Shown in pieces: positions 36,967 to 46,325 of a stretch of DNA of 64,000 nucleotides (positions are counted from its first letter, which is position 1; each line of letters starts with the position of its first letter). Made by a program: the position numbers and the translations under genes. The DNA is from a virus. Taxonomy: Duplodnaviria; Caudoviricetes. The DNA lies in IMG/VR virus record IMGVR_UViG_2937808278_000002, positions 2,622 through 66,621 of that record. One strand, 5' to 3'. The notes beneath the pieces are model-generated. The model ran no database searches, was not told the origin of the DNA, and saw only the letters and a program-made list of their open reading frames with translations.

Positions 36967-37646
36967 CAGGACTCCTTGCGGGGGAGAGACGCCCCGTAAA
37001 CGTGTTGAATGAAATGGATTTGACCGGCTTGCAGGTAACCCTTGCAGGCTGGTTTATTGAGGGATGCTGCGAATACCTGGTGGGCCATGTCGAAATGCCC
37101 CGCATGCAGGTATGCCACGGCGGGATAGAGCACCTGGAAGCGGTAGCGGCGGCAGGTGCGGCCGTAGTGCTGGATCAGGGTTTCCATCAACTGCTGATTT
37201 TCCGCCAGAGCGCTGTCGGCCACCTCGATGGTGATGACATCCCATGGGGTACCTTCCTGGCGCTCGCGCAGCTCACACCAGCCGATGCCAAGGCGTTCGA
37301 ATATGCGCTTGAACCCCGCCACCTCTCCCGAATCCTGGGCGTTGATGAAGGCGAACTTCACCCGCTTGCGGAACAGGGTGAGCGGCTCTCCCTTGAAGCG
37401 GGTGATATCTCGCTCCCAGGCGAGCAGGGCCAGCATGCTTTCAGAGCAGGTCATCGGGTCTTGCTGGGTCAGCGGCTGCAGCAGCCAGCCGCGCACGCGA
37501 CGCCAGAACGACATGATGCCTTTGGCCAGGAAGGCTGGTTCTTGCACCCCCTCGGCGATGGTCTTGCCGTCTTCCCACCATGGGGCGGTGCTGTCTGGCA
37601 GCAGAGGGGCCTTGTCCTGGTGATTCAGTTCGGTGGTCTTAGTCAT
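36966..37646 (-). CDS. Phage tail protein (gpI-like)
   Basis: LLAWERDITRF.GEPL.LFRKRVK.AF.NA.DSG. Confidence 0.8.
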   Translation of the reverse strand: MTKTTELNHQDKAPLLPDSTAPWWEDGKTIAEGVQEPAFLAKGIMSFWRRVRGWLLQPLTQQDPMTCSESMLALLAWERDITRFKGEPLTLFRKRVKFAFINAQDSGEVAGFKRIFERLGIGWCELRERQEGTPWDVITIEVADSALAENQQLMETLIQHYGRTCRRYRFQVLYPAVAYLHAGHFDMAHQVFAASLNKPACKGYLQAGQIHFIQHVYGASLPRKES

Positions 37647-38826
37647 GGAGGAACACCTCCAAATCGCTCAGGCGCGGGATATCGAGGCCCGAGACGATGT
37701 CCAGTTCGGTGAAGTGCAGGCTCTTGATCTCGGGGAATGCCTGGTGCAGCTCGCGGCCAAGCTGGCTCAGTGAGAAGCGGGACTGTGGCCAAGTGCGGGT
37801 CACAGAGGGGTAATCGGCAGATTGACGGAATGCCGCCTTCACCAACAGTTCCACATCCCGTGTGAGCGCCAGCCGCTGCTCTGAGGTCAAGTTATCGATA
37901 GGCCACAGGTCCAGGTGAAGAGTGTGCTCAGTCTCCGGCATGGCCATCACTTTCAGGTCATCGCCATGGCCATGGTTACCCTGATTGCTCACGTAGTCGT
38001 TGAGCTTGTCGATCAAGCTGGCCGGCGTGGTGCCCACCTCCAGCAGGATGAAGGCATTGGCGGTACCAGGGCCCCGCGGTGCGTCGTGCTCGAAGAAGAT
38101 GTGATCGGCGCGGATCCCCGCCACGCTGGCGAGCATGGAGCGGTAAATCGCGTCGATGTGGTAGCGCCCTACCGCAGAAAACTGGTTCTGAATGCGCAGC
38201 CCCAGAGCATCGTTGCTCTCGGCATCGGCCCCCTGTGTGGTGACCCAATCGCGGTCGGTGTTGCGTGCTGACAGGATACCGGTCACCGGTTTACTCAGCA
38301 GGTTGTAATAACCTGGGGCCAGATTCCAGGCGCTGCCAGCGAACTCAGCCTCGCAGACCACCTTGGCTACGGCCTCACCGGCAGGGCTCACCATCTCCTG
38401 TAGGGGGCGCAGGCGATAGATGGTGCCGTTGATGCGCTCGGTGGTGATCCAGACATCGGCCGGGATGGTGACGGCCTCTGCCGGATTGACCTTGGTGAAG
38501 TTGACCAGGCCCCGGGTTTTCTGGGCAGCTTTACGGGTGAGATCCACATCCCAGGCCTTGAGGTCGAGATAGGTATCATTGGCGGTCGCGGCAAAGCTGG
38601 CTGGCAGCACATGGCCCGCCAGCAGGGTACGGATCAGCCAGAGCGCCGGGGTGATGACCACGCCGCGCACCAGACGCCAGAACGGGGACACATCGCTGTC
38701 GTTGGTGATGAGTGAGCCGGCGGCCTCCACCTCTTTCTTGAGCTCGGCCTCCATGGCCGCCTCGGTTGTCGGCACCCCGCTTTTTGCCAGCAGGGCCATA
38801 AAATCCACGGTGGGGCGCAGGTTCAC
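37639..38826 (-). CDS. Baseplate J-like protein
   Basis: FEHDAPRGPGTANAFILL...HGHGDDL. Confidence 0.88.
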   Translation of the reverse strand: MNLRPTVDFMALLAKSGVPTTEAAMEAELKKEVEAAGSLITNDSDVSPFWRLVRGVVITPALWLIRTLLAGHVLPASFAATANDTYLDLKAWDVDLTRKAAQKTRGLVNFTKVNPAEAVTIPADVWITTERINGTIYRLRPLQEMVSPAGEAVAKVVCEAEFAGSAWNLAPGYYNLLSKPVTGILSARNTDRDWVTTQGADAESNDALGLRIQNQFSAVGRYHIDAIYRSMLASVAGIRADHIFFEHDAPRGPGTANAFILLEVGTTPASLIDKLNDYVSNQGNHGHGDDLKVMAMPETEHTLHLDLWPIDNLTSEQRLALTRDVELLVKAAFRQSADYPSVTRTWPQSRFSLSQLGRELHQAFPEIKSLHFTELDIVSGLDIPRLSDLEVFLHD

Positions 38827-39146
38827 AGGGTTACCTCCAGATCGCCGAATTCATAGGTTCGGGCCGTGACCAGGATGCGCTCCGGCGATTCTTCGCTGAT
38901 CAAGATGGTGCCCGGGATCAGGCGCACGTCGTTCTCGACCAGCAGTTCGATCTCGGTCATCACATCCGCACGCAGGGTGGGGCTGCGTTCGCCGATGAGC
39001 TTGCGGGCCAGTCCCGACTCCATGATCCGGTGCTTGATGTCCTGGCCTATGCTGTGTCGGTCCTGGGTCAGGCGCGGCTGGCCGCCGGCGTCAAGTTGCC
39101 AAGCGCCATCCACCACCAGGATGTCGATGTACTTGGGATCGCTCAT
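38823..39146 (-). CDS. gp25/W-like baseplate protein (DUF2590-like)
   Basis: YIDILV...SIGQDIKHRIMESGL...ENDVRLIPG; TGATG overlap with the tape measure gene. Confidence 0.75.
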   Translation of the reverse strand: MSDPKYIDILVVDGAWQLDAGGQPRLTQDRHSIGQDIKHRIMESGLARKLIGERSPTLRADVMTEIELLVENDVRLIPGTILISEESPERILVTARTYEFGDLEVTL

Positions 39147-40915
39147 CACGGAGTCTCCAGCCATGCGTTTTCAGCCATCTGCTCAGGGGTCATCGGGTTT
39201 TGGCTGGTCATGTGAACCTCACCGATGTGCAGCACTTTGGCTGGTTTCTGGTTGGCGGTGGTCGCTGCTGCGTTGGCCTGGATCAGTTGCTGGCCAATGC
39301 CACCGGATGGGATGTTGCTTTGACCACCCTGGCGATAGCGTGCCAGCGGTGCGTTGATGTTCTCGGGGTTGGGCAGGTTGAGGTCCGGCATGGCGCCCTC
39401 CTCAATGTTGACGCCCGGGATCATGTTGAGCTTGTCGATGAGCCAGTCGATAGACTTGCCGAGCAACTGGAACACGCCCCAGTCTGAGAAGGTTTTTTTC
39501 AGGTCATCCCAGTAGTAGATGACCGCTGCCACAGCGCCGATCAGCAGCACTATCCCGGCAATGATCAGGCCTATTGGGTTGGCATACATGGCGATATTGA
39601 CCGCCAGCAGGATGGCACGAAAGGCAACCAGCCCCGCTTTGAGCAGGTTGAGTGGGGCGATGATTGCGGCCCAGGCTAGGCCGAGCCCCAGGGTCGCCAT
39701 TTGGGCGATCCCGACAAGCAGCATCCAGCCTCCGGTGACAACACCCAGCCCGATTACGGCCAGAATGGCAACGCTCACCACCTTGGTCAGGTTCGGGAAA
39801 AGGCGAGTCCAGCGCAGCACCACGCCTGCACCATCGGCGAAGGTGCCCAGCACTGCATTGATGGCGGGCATGATGGCGCTGAACCCGGCAATCCGGATCG
39901 CCTCCCAGGACGCGTTCAGCCGCTCCCATGACTTGGCCATGGTCTTGGCCTTGGCATTCGCAGCATCCAGCCCTCTCACGCCGCGCAGGTTGCCCAGGGT
40001 CTTGTCCAGTGTGGTGGCATCGCCGATCAGTTGCTGCAGCAACAGGGCGCCATCCCCCAATCCGGCATCGTCGAGCAGGGCCCAGGCCTTGGCGCCGCCC
40101 ATCTTGTCGATCAGCGGTTGGATGTTCTGCAGGATCTTCTGGATAGGCAGCAACCTTCCCTGGCTGTCCAGCATGGCGACCCCCAGCTTGCTCTGGGCAT
40201 TGGTGGCGCCTTCGAGCAGGTTGGTGAACTGGGTGACGGCATCCCCATCGCTCATCCTGGTCTGCAACATGGCCAAGATTGCCAGCTGCTCCTCCATCGC
40301 CACCCCCATGGTGGAGGGGAGGGAGTGCATGCCTTCAACGGAGGCCATCAGCTTGTCCATGCCGACCCCGAACTGGCTGGTGACCATGCTGGTCATTCCG
40401 GCCACCTGTTGTGCCCACACATCCGGGCCCATGGCGTCTGCTGCCTGGCGCTGGTTGTTGTAGAGCATGCGGAAATACTGGCCGACCGTCTCGGCGTCTG
40501 ACTTGGTTGCGGCCCCCAGGATGGCGGAGGTCTTGGTCACGCTGTCCAGCATGGCTTCTGGCAGGGCCGGCATGGCGCGGCGCATTTCGGCGGTGTAACC
40601 CAGCACCTCGATGGCGGACTTGCCGTAATCCACGCTGAACTTGAGCGCGGTGTGGCTGAGTTGCTTGAGCGCAGCTTCTCCCACTCCGGCGGCATGCAGG
40701 TCTTGCAGCGCCTGATCCATCTGGATGGCAGGCCCCAGGGCAGCCTGGATCGCCATGCCGCCGGCTGCGACGGTCGTTGCCCCCATGGCCATATTGCTCC
40801 AGCCCTGGCGGCCCGCTTTGCTGACCTTGTCCATCTGGGCGTTGATGCCGGCAAGGGGCTTGGTGACTTGGTCTATCAAGCTCACCTGCATCATCAATTT
40901 TTCCATCCAGGCCAT
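39146..40915 (-). CDS. Tail tape measure protein
   Basis: 589 aa; SLIDQVTKPL; Ala/Gly-rich; hydrophobic MYANPIGLII segment. Confidence 0.9.
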   Translation of the reverse strand: MAWMEKLMMQVSLIDQVTKPLAGINAQMDKVSKAGRQGWSNMAMGATTVAAGGMAIQAALGPAIQMDQALQDLHAAGVGEAALKQLSHTALKFSVDYGKSAIEVLGYTAEMRRAMPALPEAMLDSVTKTSAILGAATKSDAETVGQYFRMLYNNQRQAADAMGPDVWAQQVAGMTSMVTSQFGVGMDKLMASVEGMHSLPSTMGVAMEEQLAILAMLQTRMSDGDAVTQFTNLLEGATNAQSKLGVAMLDSQGRLLPIQKILQNIQPLIDKMGGAKAWALLDDAGLGDGALLLQQLIGDATTLDKTLGNLRGVRGLDAANAKAKTMAKSWERLNASWEAIRIAGFSAIMPAINAVLGTFADGAGVVLRWTRLFPNLTKVVSVAILAVIGLGVVTGGWMLLVGIAQMATLGLGLAWAAIIAPLNLLKAGLVAFRAILLAVNIAMYANPIGLIIAGIVLLIGAVAAVIYYWDDLKKTFSDWGVFQLLGKSIDWLIDKLNMIPGVNIEEGAMPDLNLPNPENINAPLARYRQGGQSNIPSGGIGQQLIQANAAATTANQKPAKVLHIGEVHMTSQNPMTPEQMAENAWLETP

Positions 40916-40921
40916 CAGTCG

Positions 40922-41116
40922 TTACCCGTTGAATGCTTTGGCAATGCCCTCGGCCACGGCGGCGGCGTTGGACTCTCGGTGTTGTTTGTCTAACCAGATG
41001 GCGCGAGCCAGGCTGTCGAGGTCGTCATCCTCATGGGGCAGGTAGTAACGGCGCAGCGCCAGCACCTGCTCCAGTTGGTTGCGCTCGATGGCCTCGGCAC
41101 GCGCCGTCAGTTTTTT
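40922..41116 (-). CDS. -1 frameshift extension of the tail assembly chaperone
   Basis: Slippery A AAA AAC at 41110-41116; the -1 frame has no ATG and reads LTARAEAIERNQLEQVLALRRYYLPHEDD...LARAIWLD...IAKAFNG*. Confidence 0.75.
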   Translation of the reverse strand, partial: KKLTARAEAIERNQLEQVLALRRYYLPHEDDDLDSLARAIWLDKQHRESNAAAVAEGIAKAFNG

Positions 41117-41370
41117 ACGGTGATGTCCAGCTCGGGGGCGAACTCGGCGTTGACTGCGTTTGCCAACTGCAGTGCGGCGCCTGGCCGCTTGAGCATCTCG
41201 TCGAGCTCTGCCTTACTCTCCTGGCAAACGATCTTCTTGAGGTAGTTGTGGGCCGGTGCCACCTTGTCGTTGGGCATCATGTCGTTGAGAAAGCCGTTGT
41301 AGGCCACCATGGTGGGGGCGAACTTCAGCTCTTTGCCGGCGACTTCCAGGGTGATGATCGGTGTGCTCAT
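41107..41370 (-). CDS. Tail assembly chaperone
   Basis: 87 aa; YNGFLNDMMPNDKVAPAHNYL; precedes the tape measure gene. Confidence 0.8.
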   Translation of the reverse strand: MSTPIITLEVAGKELKFAPTMVAYNGFLNDMMPNDKVAPAHNYLKKIVCQESKAELDEMLKRPGAALQLANAVNAEFAPELDITVKN

Positions 41371-41666
41371 GGGGTGGTTTCCTCTTGGGTTATCCAGTTG
41401 TTCAGGGTGGAGATCTGGGTTTGGCAGCGGCGCAGCGCCGTCTGCAAGGTGGGGATAAACTGCACGGCATCGCCGTAGGTGCTCCCCGTGAATTCAGGCT
41501 CCGGGCAGTTGGGCACCAGCCCCGGCGGTGGCAGCTGCTTCACCACCCGGGTCTGCACCACTGTCGTGGGTTGGCTGGAGCAGGCGCAGAGCGCCACCAG
41601 GCAAAGGCTCGCGAGCGCAATCCGGGCGGCCCGCCGGCGGCGTGGCCAGGGCTTGTTGCAGTTCAT
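41367..41666 (-). CDS. Outer-membrane spanin (Rz1-like lipoprotein)
   Basis: Lipobox LCAC; PPPGLVPNCPEP; overlaps the i-spanin; true start uncertain. Confidence 0.75.
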   Translation of the reverse strand: MNCNKPWPRRRRAARIALASLCLVALCACSSQPTTVVQTRVVKQLPPPGLVPNCPEPEFTGSTYGDAVQFIPTLQTALRRCQTQISTLNNWITQEETTP

Positions 41667-41925
41667 CGGCTGTTTTCCTGTTCTGGTTGTCGAGCTTGGT
41701 CAAGGCGGCGTTCTGGTTGTTGAGCAGCAGACGCAGGCCCTTCGTTATCAACTGCTGCCGCTGGAGCTCGGTGGCCTGCTGGTCGTTGGCCGTCTGCAGA
41801 TGGTTGATCGTGGTTTGCTGCTCGGTCAGGGTGCGCTGCATATCCACCGTGCGGCGATGGCTGACATAAAGCGCCAGCACCAGGAGCAGGCCCACGATCC
41901 CCAGCACCTTGCTGAGCGTGCTCAT
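41494..41925 (-). CDS. Inner-membrane spanin (Rz-like)
   Basis: N-terminal TM plus coiled coil, CAREPLPGGALRLL. Confidence 0.8.
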   Translation of the reverse strand: MSTLSKVLGIVGLLLVLALYVSHRRTVDMQRTLTEQQTTINHLQTANDQQATELQRQQLITKGLRLLLNNQNAALTKLDNQNRKTADELQQALATPPAGRPDCAREPLPGGALRLLQPTHDSGADPGGEAAATAGAGAQLPGA

Positions 41926-42401
41926 GCTTCACCCATCGACAACTGGGCCGGAGTACCAACAGGCAGATCACCCACCGGCATCGGTTCATTGAGTGGCCAG
42001 CGGTACCCGGTGACACGGGTCAGCGGGAATTCGCGGATATTCACCTCATCCCCTTGGTTGCCACCCAGGACCAGCAGGTTGCCGGAGGTGGACTTGCCCA
42101 CCACGAACCCCACATGACCGCCACCATCGCGGGTGAACACCACCACACAGCCCAGCACGGGGCGGTCCAGTTTCTCGCCCCAGCCCAGATAGCTTTTGGC
42201 ACTCTCGAAGCGGGTAGACTGGATGCCGACCCGTTCCAGGCAAGCGCCGACAAAAGCGGCACACCACGGGGTTTCATCATCACGGATGCCTCCCCGCTTG
42301 ATCGCCTTCCACATGTCGAGAATGGCCTGGGCATGTTTGGGCCCCTTCATCTCTTTCAAGCCCAAGTGCTTTCGAGCCTCGTCAAGCCAGCGCAGAGCCA
42401 T
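41922..42401 (-). CDS. Endolysin, NlpC/P60-CHAP-like (TIGR02594-type)
   Basis: DDETPWCAAFVG and GGHVGFVVG...LGGNQG Cys/His motifs; between holin and spanins. Confidence 0.8.
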   Translation of the reverse strand: MALRWLDEARKHLGLKEMKGPKHAQAILDMWKAIKRGGIRDDETPWCAAFVGACLERVGIQSTRFESAKSYLGWGEKLDRPVLGCVVVFTRDGGGHVGFVVGKSTSGNLLVLGGNQGDEVNIREFPLTRVTGYRWPLNEPMPVGDLPVGTPAQLSMGEA

Positions 42402-42402
42402 A

Positions 42403-42723
42403 TCAGCCCTCCTTCTTGTTGAACATCAGGGCCGCCCGGTCCCGGATGATGTCGATCCCAAGCAGCCCCACCACGCCGCCCAGGAACGGGGTGGCCTCCT
42501 GGGGGATCCCGAGCAGGTGGGTCCCGGTGGCGGCCGCCAAGGTGATGAGGCCGCACAGCAGGGATTCGATCAGCCGACGGCGACCCCGTCCGCCTGCGTA
42601 GGTGATGCGCAGGAAGGCGATGGCGAGTGCCAGCAGGGCCCCATAGACGGCGGGCCAGTTGTCCATCAGCCAGGCCAGCAAGGCGGTGGCTAGGGTCGGG
42701 TCTTTATGAGGCATGTTGTTCAT
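42403..42723 (-). CDS. Holin, lambda S-like
   Basis: MPHKDP...; three TM segments; GGVVGLLGIDIIR. Confidence 0.85.
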   Translation of the reverse strand: MNNMPHKDPTLATALLAWLMDNWPAVYGALLALAIAFLRITYAGGRGRRRLIESLLCGLITLAAATGTHLLGIPQEATPFLGGVVGLLGIDIIRDRAALMFNKKEG

Positions 42724-42737
42724 GTCCGTGGCTCTGA

Positions 42738-42947
42738 TTAGCGGCCCAGCCTCTCAAGGCGGGTCTTGCAGGGGACGCACAGGCGCACCCCTGGTACATG
42801 GCGGCGGCGTTCTTCCGGGATGGGGTCGTCGCACTCTTCGCACAGGTGCCGGCTCTCCCCCTGATAACTGCCTTTGCCCACCTGGCTGGCCAGTTGGGCC
42901 GCCAGCATGCGGGCGGCGTGGCGGGTGGCGCGGTCGATGTCGTCCAA
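42738..42947 (-). CDS. TraR/DksA C4 zinc-finger protein
   Basis: CEECDDPIPEERRRHVPGVRLCVPCK. Confidence 0.88.
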   Translation of the reverse strand: MDDIDRATRHAARMLAAQLASQVGKGSYQGESRHLCEECDDPIPEERRRHVPGVRLCVPCKTRLERLGR

Positions 42948-42956
42948 GCTCCCCCC

Positions 42957-43412
42957 TTAACCCAGCAGGTGGCGGGTGTCTTCCTGGGAGAGGTAAGGCA
43001 CGCCGTTGATGTGAACGAAGTCGGGGGAGGTGACGAACCCCTTGATTTTGTGAACCCCCTTGCTGCCCCCCTTGGGATCGACGTCGAGCAGGTCAGAGAT
43101 CTGCAGCTTCACGCCGAAGGCTTCCACCTTCATGGTTTCGTCGCCGGTGTCGGCGTAGAACAGCACGTCGTCCGGCGCCATGCCGCGCCAGCTCCCCGCC
43201 CGCTTGGCGGCATCGCTCAGGAGGGTGAAGTTCTTGGCATCGAGCTCGAACTCCACCTCGGCGGCGACATCCCCATCGACGAAGCCATCCGGGATCCCCC
43301 TGGTCTGGGCCACGGCGCTGTTGTCGGTGATGGAGAGACTGGCTTTCTCGACATGGACCATGGTGCCCATCAGCGTGGTGTCGAAGCTCTGGCCTGAAAT
43401 GCGTCTGGTCAT
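42957..43412 (-). CDS. Tail tube protein (DUF2597/HP1-type)
   Basis: RRISGQSFD...GIPDGFVDGDV...VTSPDFVHINGVPYL. Confidence 0.85.
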   Translation of the reverse strand: MTRRISGQSFDTTLMGTMVHVEKASLSITDNSAVAQTRGIPDGFVDGDVAAEVEFELDAKNFTLLSDAAKRAGSWRGMAPDDVLFYADTGDETMKVEAFGVKLQISDLLDVDPKGGSKGVHKIKGFVTSPDFVHINGVPYLSQEDTRHLLG

Positions 43413-43415
43413 GGG

Positions 43416-44540
43416 TTAGCCCTCCCCGTTGTTGAGGCTCAAATCGAGCATGATGTTGACGGTGATCCCCTTGGGGCAGTCCACGGTGCGCACCACCACG
43501 TAGACGGAGACCAGGTTCTTGGCGGTCCACTGGATGCTGATGTCGCCATCCTGGGGGGAGGCGATGTCGCCCGGGAACGGCTGGCCGTTGATGGTGGTGG
43601 CCTTGGCCATCTCGCGCAGGTCTTTGCCGAAATACATGATGGCGGCCGCGGTACTGCCCGGGGTGGAGTTGAACGAGCGGTCCCCGATGCGGGCGATGGC
43701 CCGCAGTCGCATCCGGCGAGCGGTCTTGTAGGCCACCCGCAGGTTTTCGATCACCTGGTAGTCGCCGCCCTCGGCGTCCAGGGTGCGGCCATCGGCCCAG
43801 TAGGTGCCGTCATAGTCCGGAAACCACATCGGTACCGAGTAGCGGTTTTGTTCCAGGGTTTGCAGGGTGGCAAGCGGCAGCGTGATCCCGGCCTTGTCCA
43901 CCGGCTTGTTGCCAAGGCCCACCAGGGCACCGGTCTTCACCCGGCAGGGGCTGTCGGCGATGCTCACCGCCCGGTTGCACAAGCGACCGGCATAGACGCC
44001 GGCGAGGTTTGGCCACAGTTGCGGCACCAGAGAAACCGAGCTCGCGGCGATACCGTTTTGCAGGGCGGCCAGCGTGGCTTCGTATTCGCTCCAGTCCTGG
44101 CTACCCTCACCAGTGGAGACGATTCCTGGTACTGCCAGCAGCATGAACTGCCAGCGCCCCCATTTGGCGATCAGTTCCTGGTTGAGCGCATGGGCGGCAT
44201 TGATACCTGCCTGGTCCCACTCCTGACCCAGCACCACGACACCTTCAAACGACTGGGTCTGCTGGGCGGTTCGCACGGCGGCCAGCCAGTCGCCATCTTC
44301 CGGCAGCACGTAGGCGGCCGCCGTCCAGTTCTGGCCTGCGTTGTCACGGCTGGCCAGCAGGTTGGTCTTGAGCTCGCTGTCACCCTCACCCAACAGGGTG
44401 TCAAAGTCTGATTGAGTGTTGAGTGAGAGCAGCTTGCCGGTGTTGCTGGCGGCACTGCCGATGAACAACAGGTGGCGCTCGACCTCGGTCACTGGCCCCT
44501 GCATCTGGTTCAAGTTGTTGATCTGTACATAAGGCCACAT
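43416..44540 (-). CDS. Tail sheath protein (DUF2586/HP1-type)
   Basis: MWPYVQINNLNQMQG...YWADG.TLD.EGGDYQVIE.LRV. Confidence 0.88.
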   Translation of the reverse strand: MWPYVQINNLNQMQGPVTEVERHLLFIGSAASNTGKLLSLNTQSDFDTLLGEGDSELKTNLLASRDNAGQNWTAAAYVLPEDGDWLAAVRTAQQTQSFEGVVVLGQEWDQAGINAAHALNQELIAKWGRWQFMLLAVPGIVSTGEGSQDWSEYEATLAALQNGIAASSVSLVPQLWPNLAGVYAGRLCNRAVSIADSPCRVKTGALVGLGNKPVDKAGITLPLATLQTLEQNRYSVPMWFPDYDGTYWADGRTLDAEGGDYQVIENLRVAYKTARRMRLRAIARIGDRSFNSTPGSTAAAIMYFGKDLREMAKATTINGQPFPGDIASPQDGDISIQWTAKNLVSVYVVVRTVDCPKGITVNIMLDLSLNNGEG

Positions 44541-44544
44541 GCCG

Positions 44545-45231
44545 TTATTTCCCCTTCATGTCTTGCTTGTTGACGTCCCAGCCGTAATCGATGCTCTGCA
44601 AGGCGCGGGCGAAGGCCTGCTGCCGTTGCCTGGTGTTGGCGCCCAGGAACGGGCGGGCTGGTAGCTGGATCTCCCAGCTCTCTTTCACCGGTTCGTCCTT
44701 GAGCTTCTTGATAAGCAACCCCGCCTGGGCGTAGTTGAGATTGGCGGTGATCCAACCCAGCGATGCCGAGCGGTATGCCCGCTTGCGCTTGCCAGGACGC
44801 TTGAACCCAAGCTCGCGCAGCTTGCGGGCCTGTGCCTTGCTGGCCTGCTTGTTCTTCCCCACATCACTGGGGGCAATGCGGCGCCGGCTGGCGGCCGTCA
44901 CCTTGTAGGTGTGCCCCTTCTGATGGGTGTTGGCGATGATCCCGGCGTGGGCGCTCATGGTGCCCTTGGTGAACCCCAGCTCTGCCACGTCCTGACGGGG
45001 GGTGCGGATCTCCAGCAACTTGGGCAGGCCGCGCAACATCTTGCGCTTGCCCCGTTTGCGCGGTGCCCAGGCATTGCCATTGGGGTCTTGCTGCTGGCGC
45101 ACGTTGCGGGTCGCCAACTTCTTCAGTTCGGTGGCGGCTCGCCACACCAGACGCTTGCGCTTCTTGGGTGGCAGGGCCAGCAGGTTGAGCTGGTCTTTGC
45201 CGCGGTGCGCGTCGAGCGTGATGGTGATCAT
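44545..45231 (-). CDS. Virion morphogenesis/tail completion protein (S-like)
   Basis: NVRQQQDPNGNAWAPRK...LPARPFLG. Confidence 0.85.
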   Translation of the reverse strand: MITITLDAHRGKDQLNLLALPPKKRKRLVWRAATELKKLATRNVRQQQDPNGNAWAPRKRGKRKMLRGLPKLLEIRTPRQDVAELGFTKGTMSAHAGIIANTHQKGHTYKVTAASRRRIAPSDVGKNKQASKAQARKLRELGFKRPGKRKRAYRSASLGWITANLNYAQAGLLIKKLKDEPVKESWEIQLPARPFLGANTRQRQQAFARALQSIDYGWDVNKQDMKGK

Positions 45232-45752
45232 GCTGGGCCCCCGACCCGGTGCTGACCGGTATCACCCACGTTCAGGTCGATGTGCTCGGCCACCCAGATG
45301 TCATAGGGGGCCACGTTCCAGCGCTTGCCGAGCCAGTTGATGGGCCCTTGCGGGTGCTCGATAAGGCGCAGCGGCTCGGCGAAGGGGAGCTGGATCTCGA
45401 GGTCGGCCGTCTGCTCGTCGTTCGGGGTGACAGCGTACTCTGGGTCAGGCAGCTCGAACTGCTCGCGAAAGTCGTCGTGCTCCTGCACCCAGGCGGCGAC
45501 GGCCGCCAGCAGAATGGCCGGATCCAGCTCTCGAAACGGCAGTTGCTCGATGGTGAACACCGCCTGGTAGGTGAGCCAGGCTACATCCACCCCGGTGGGC
45601 CCCATGTTCCTGGGTTCGAGCTTGATGGTGCCGTTCTCCATCCAGCTATCCAGGCGCTTGTGGCACTTGGCCGGCAGCACCCGCAACAACTCGGCGTGGA
45701 GCGCCTGCAGGAAGTAGCCCTGGGCCTGCTGCTCGTTCATGGCTGTGCTCAT
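45228..45752 (-). CDS. Tail completion/terminator protein (R-like)
   Basis: Position and LDSWMENG...QLPFAEPL motifs. Confidence 0.75.
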   Translation of the reverse strand: MSTAMNEQQAQGYFLQALHAELLRVLPAKCHKRLDSWMENGTIKLEPRNMGPTGVDVAWLTYQAVFTIEQLPFRELDPAILLAAVAAWVQEHDDFREQFELPDPEYAVTPNDEQTADLEIQLPFAEPLRLIEHPQGPINWLGKRWNVAPYDIWVAEHIDLNVGDTGQHRVGGPA

Positions 45753-46210
45753 ATCAGCGATACCCCCGCCCGGTGCTTGCCCTTGATGCTGCGCACCAGC
45801 TGCTGGCTCTCGGCCAGCAACTGGGCACGCTGGTCCGGGGATCGCTCCACCTGGTTGTTGGCGGTGGCCCGCTCGGTGACGCTGGCGAACTCCGGCAACA
45901 AGGCGGCCTTGGCGCGGGCAAAGACGGCGGCCAGGTACTGCTCGGTCAGGGCGTTGTTGCCACCTTCCAGGCTGGGCCCTGGTACCTCGGCGGCGGTGGT
46001 GTAGCCCTTGCCCTGCAGCGCTGTCTGATGGCTGGCGAGCTGCAGGTTGATTTCAGAGACGGCGGCGAGCAGGGCGGCGCCGGTAGTCTGCTGGTCCAGA
46101 TCGGCAGGCAGGGCGCAGCGTCGCTCGAAGTCGGCGACGGCCACATCCGGCCAGAACCCGTCATTGCGGATGGTGGCGGCGCTGTAGTCGATGTCCTTGC
46201 CTGCAAACAT
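45749..46210 (-). CDS. Head completion protein (L-like)
   Basis: NDGFWPD...YLAAVFARAKA. Confidence 0.85.
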   Translation of the reverse strand: MFAGKDIDYSAATIRNDGFWPDVAVADFERRCALPADLDQQTTGAALLAAVSEINLQLASHQTALQGKGYTTAAEVPGPSLEGGNNALTEQYLAAVFARAKAALLPEFASVTERATANNQVERSPDQRAQLLAESQQLVRSIKGKHRAGVSLI

Positions 46211-46325
46211 GGCTTGCCTCGCTGGTTGAAAAGGTGCACCCCTGTAGCCACGGATCGCAGGATTCGGCGCGAGCCTTGCGGCTGGCCTATCCTCCCCGCC
46301 GGGGTGCGACGGCGCGGAGAGTCGG

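Noticed and set aside
42403-42723. Lambda-type dual-start holin/antiholin (M-N-N-M)
   Set aside because: Two Met codons are present but there is no basic residue between them, so the dual-start mechanism is unsupported.
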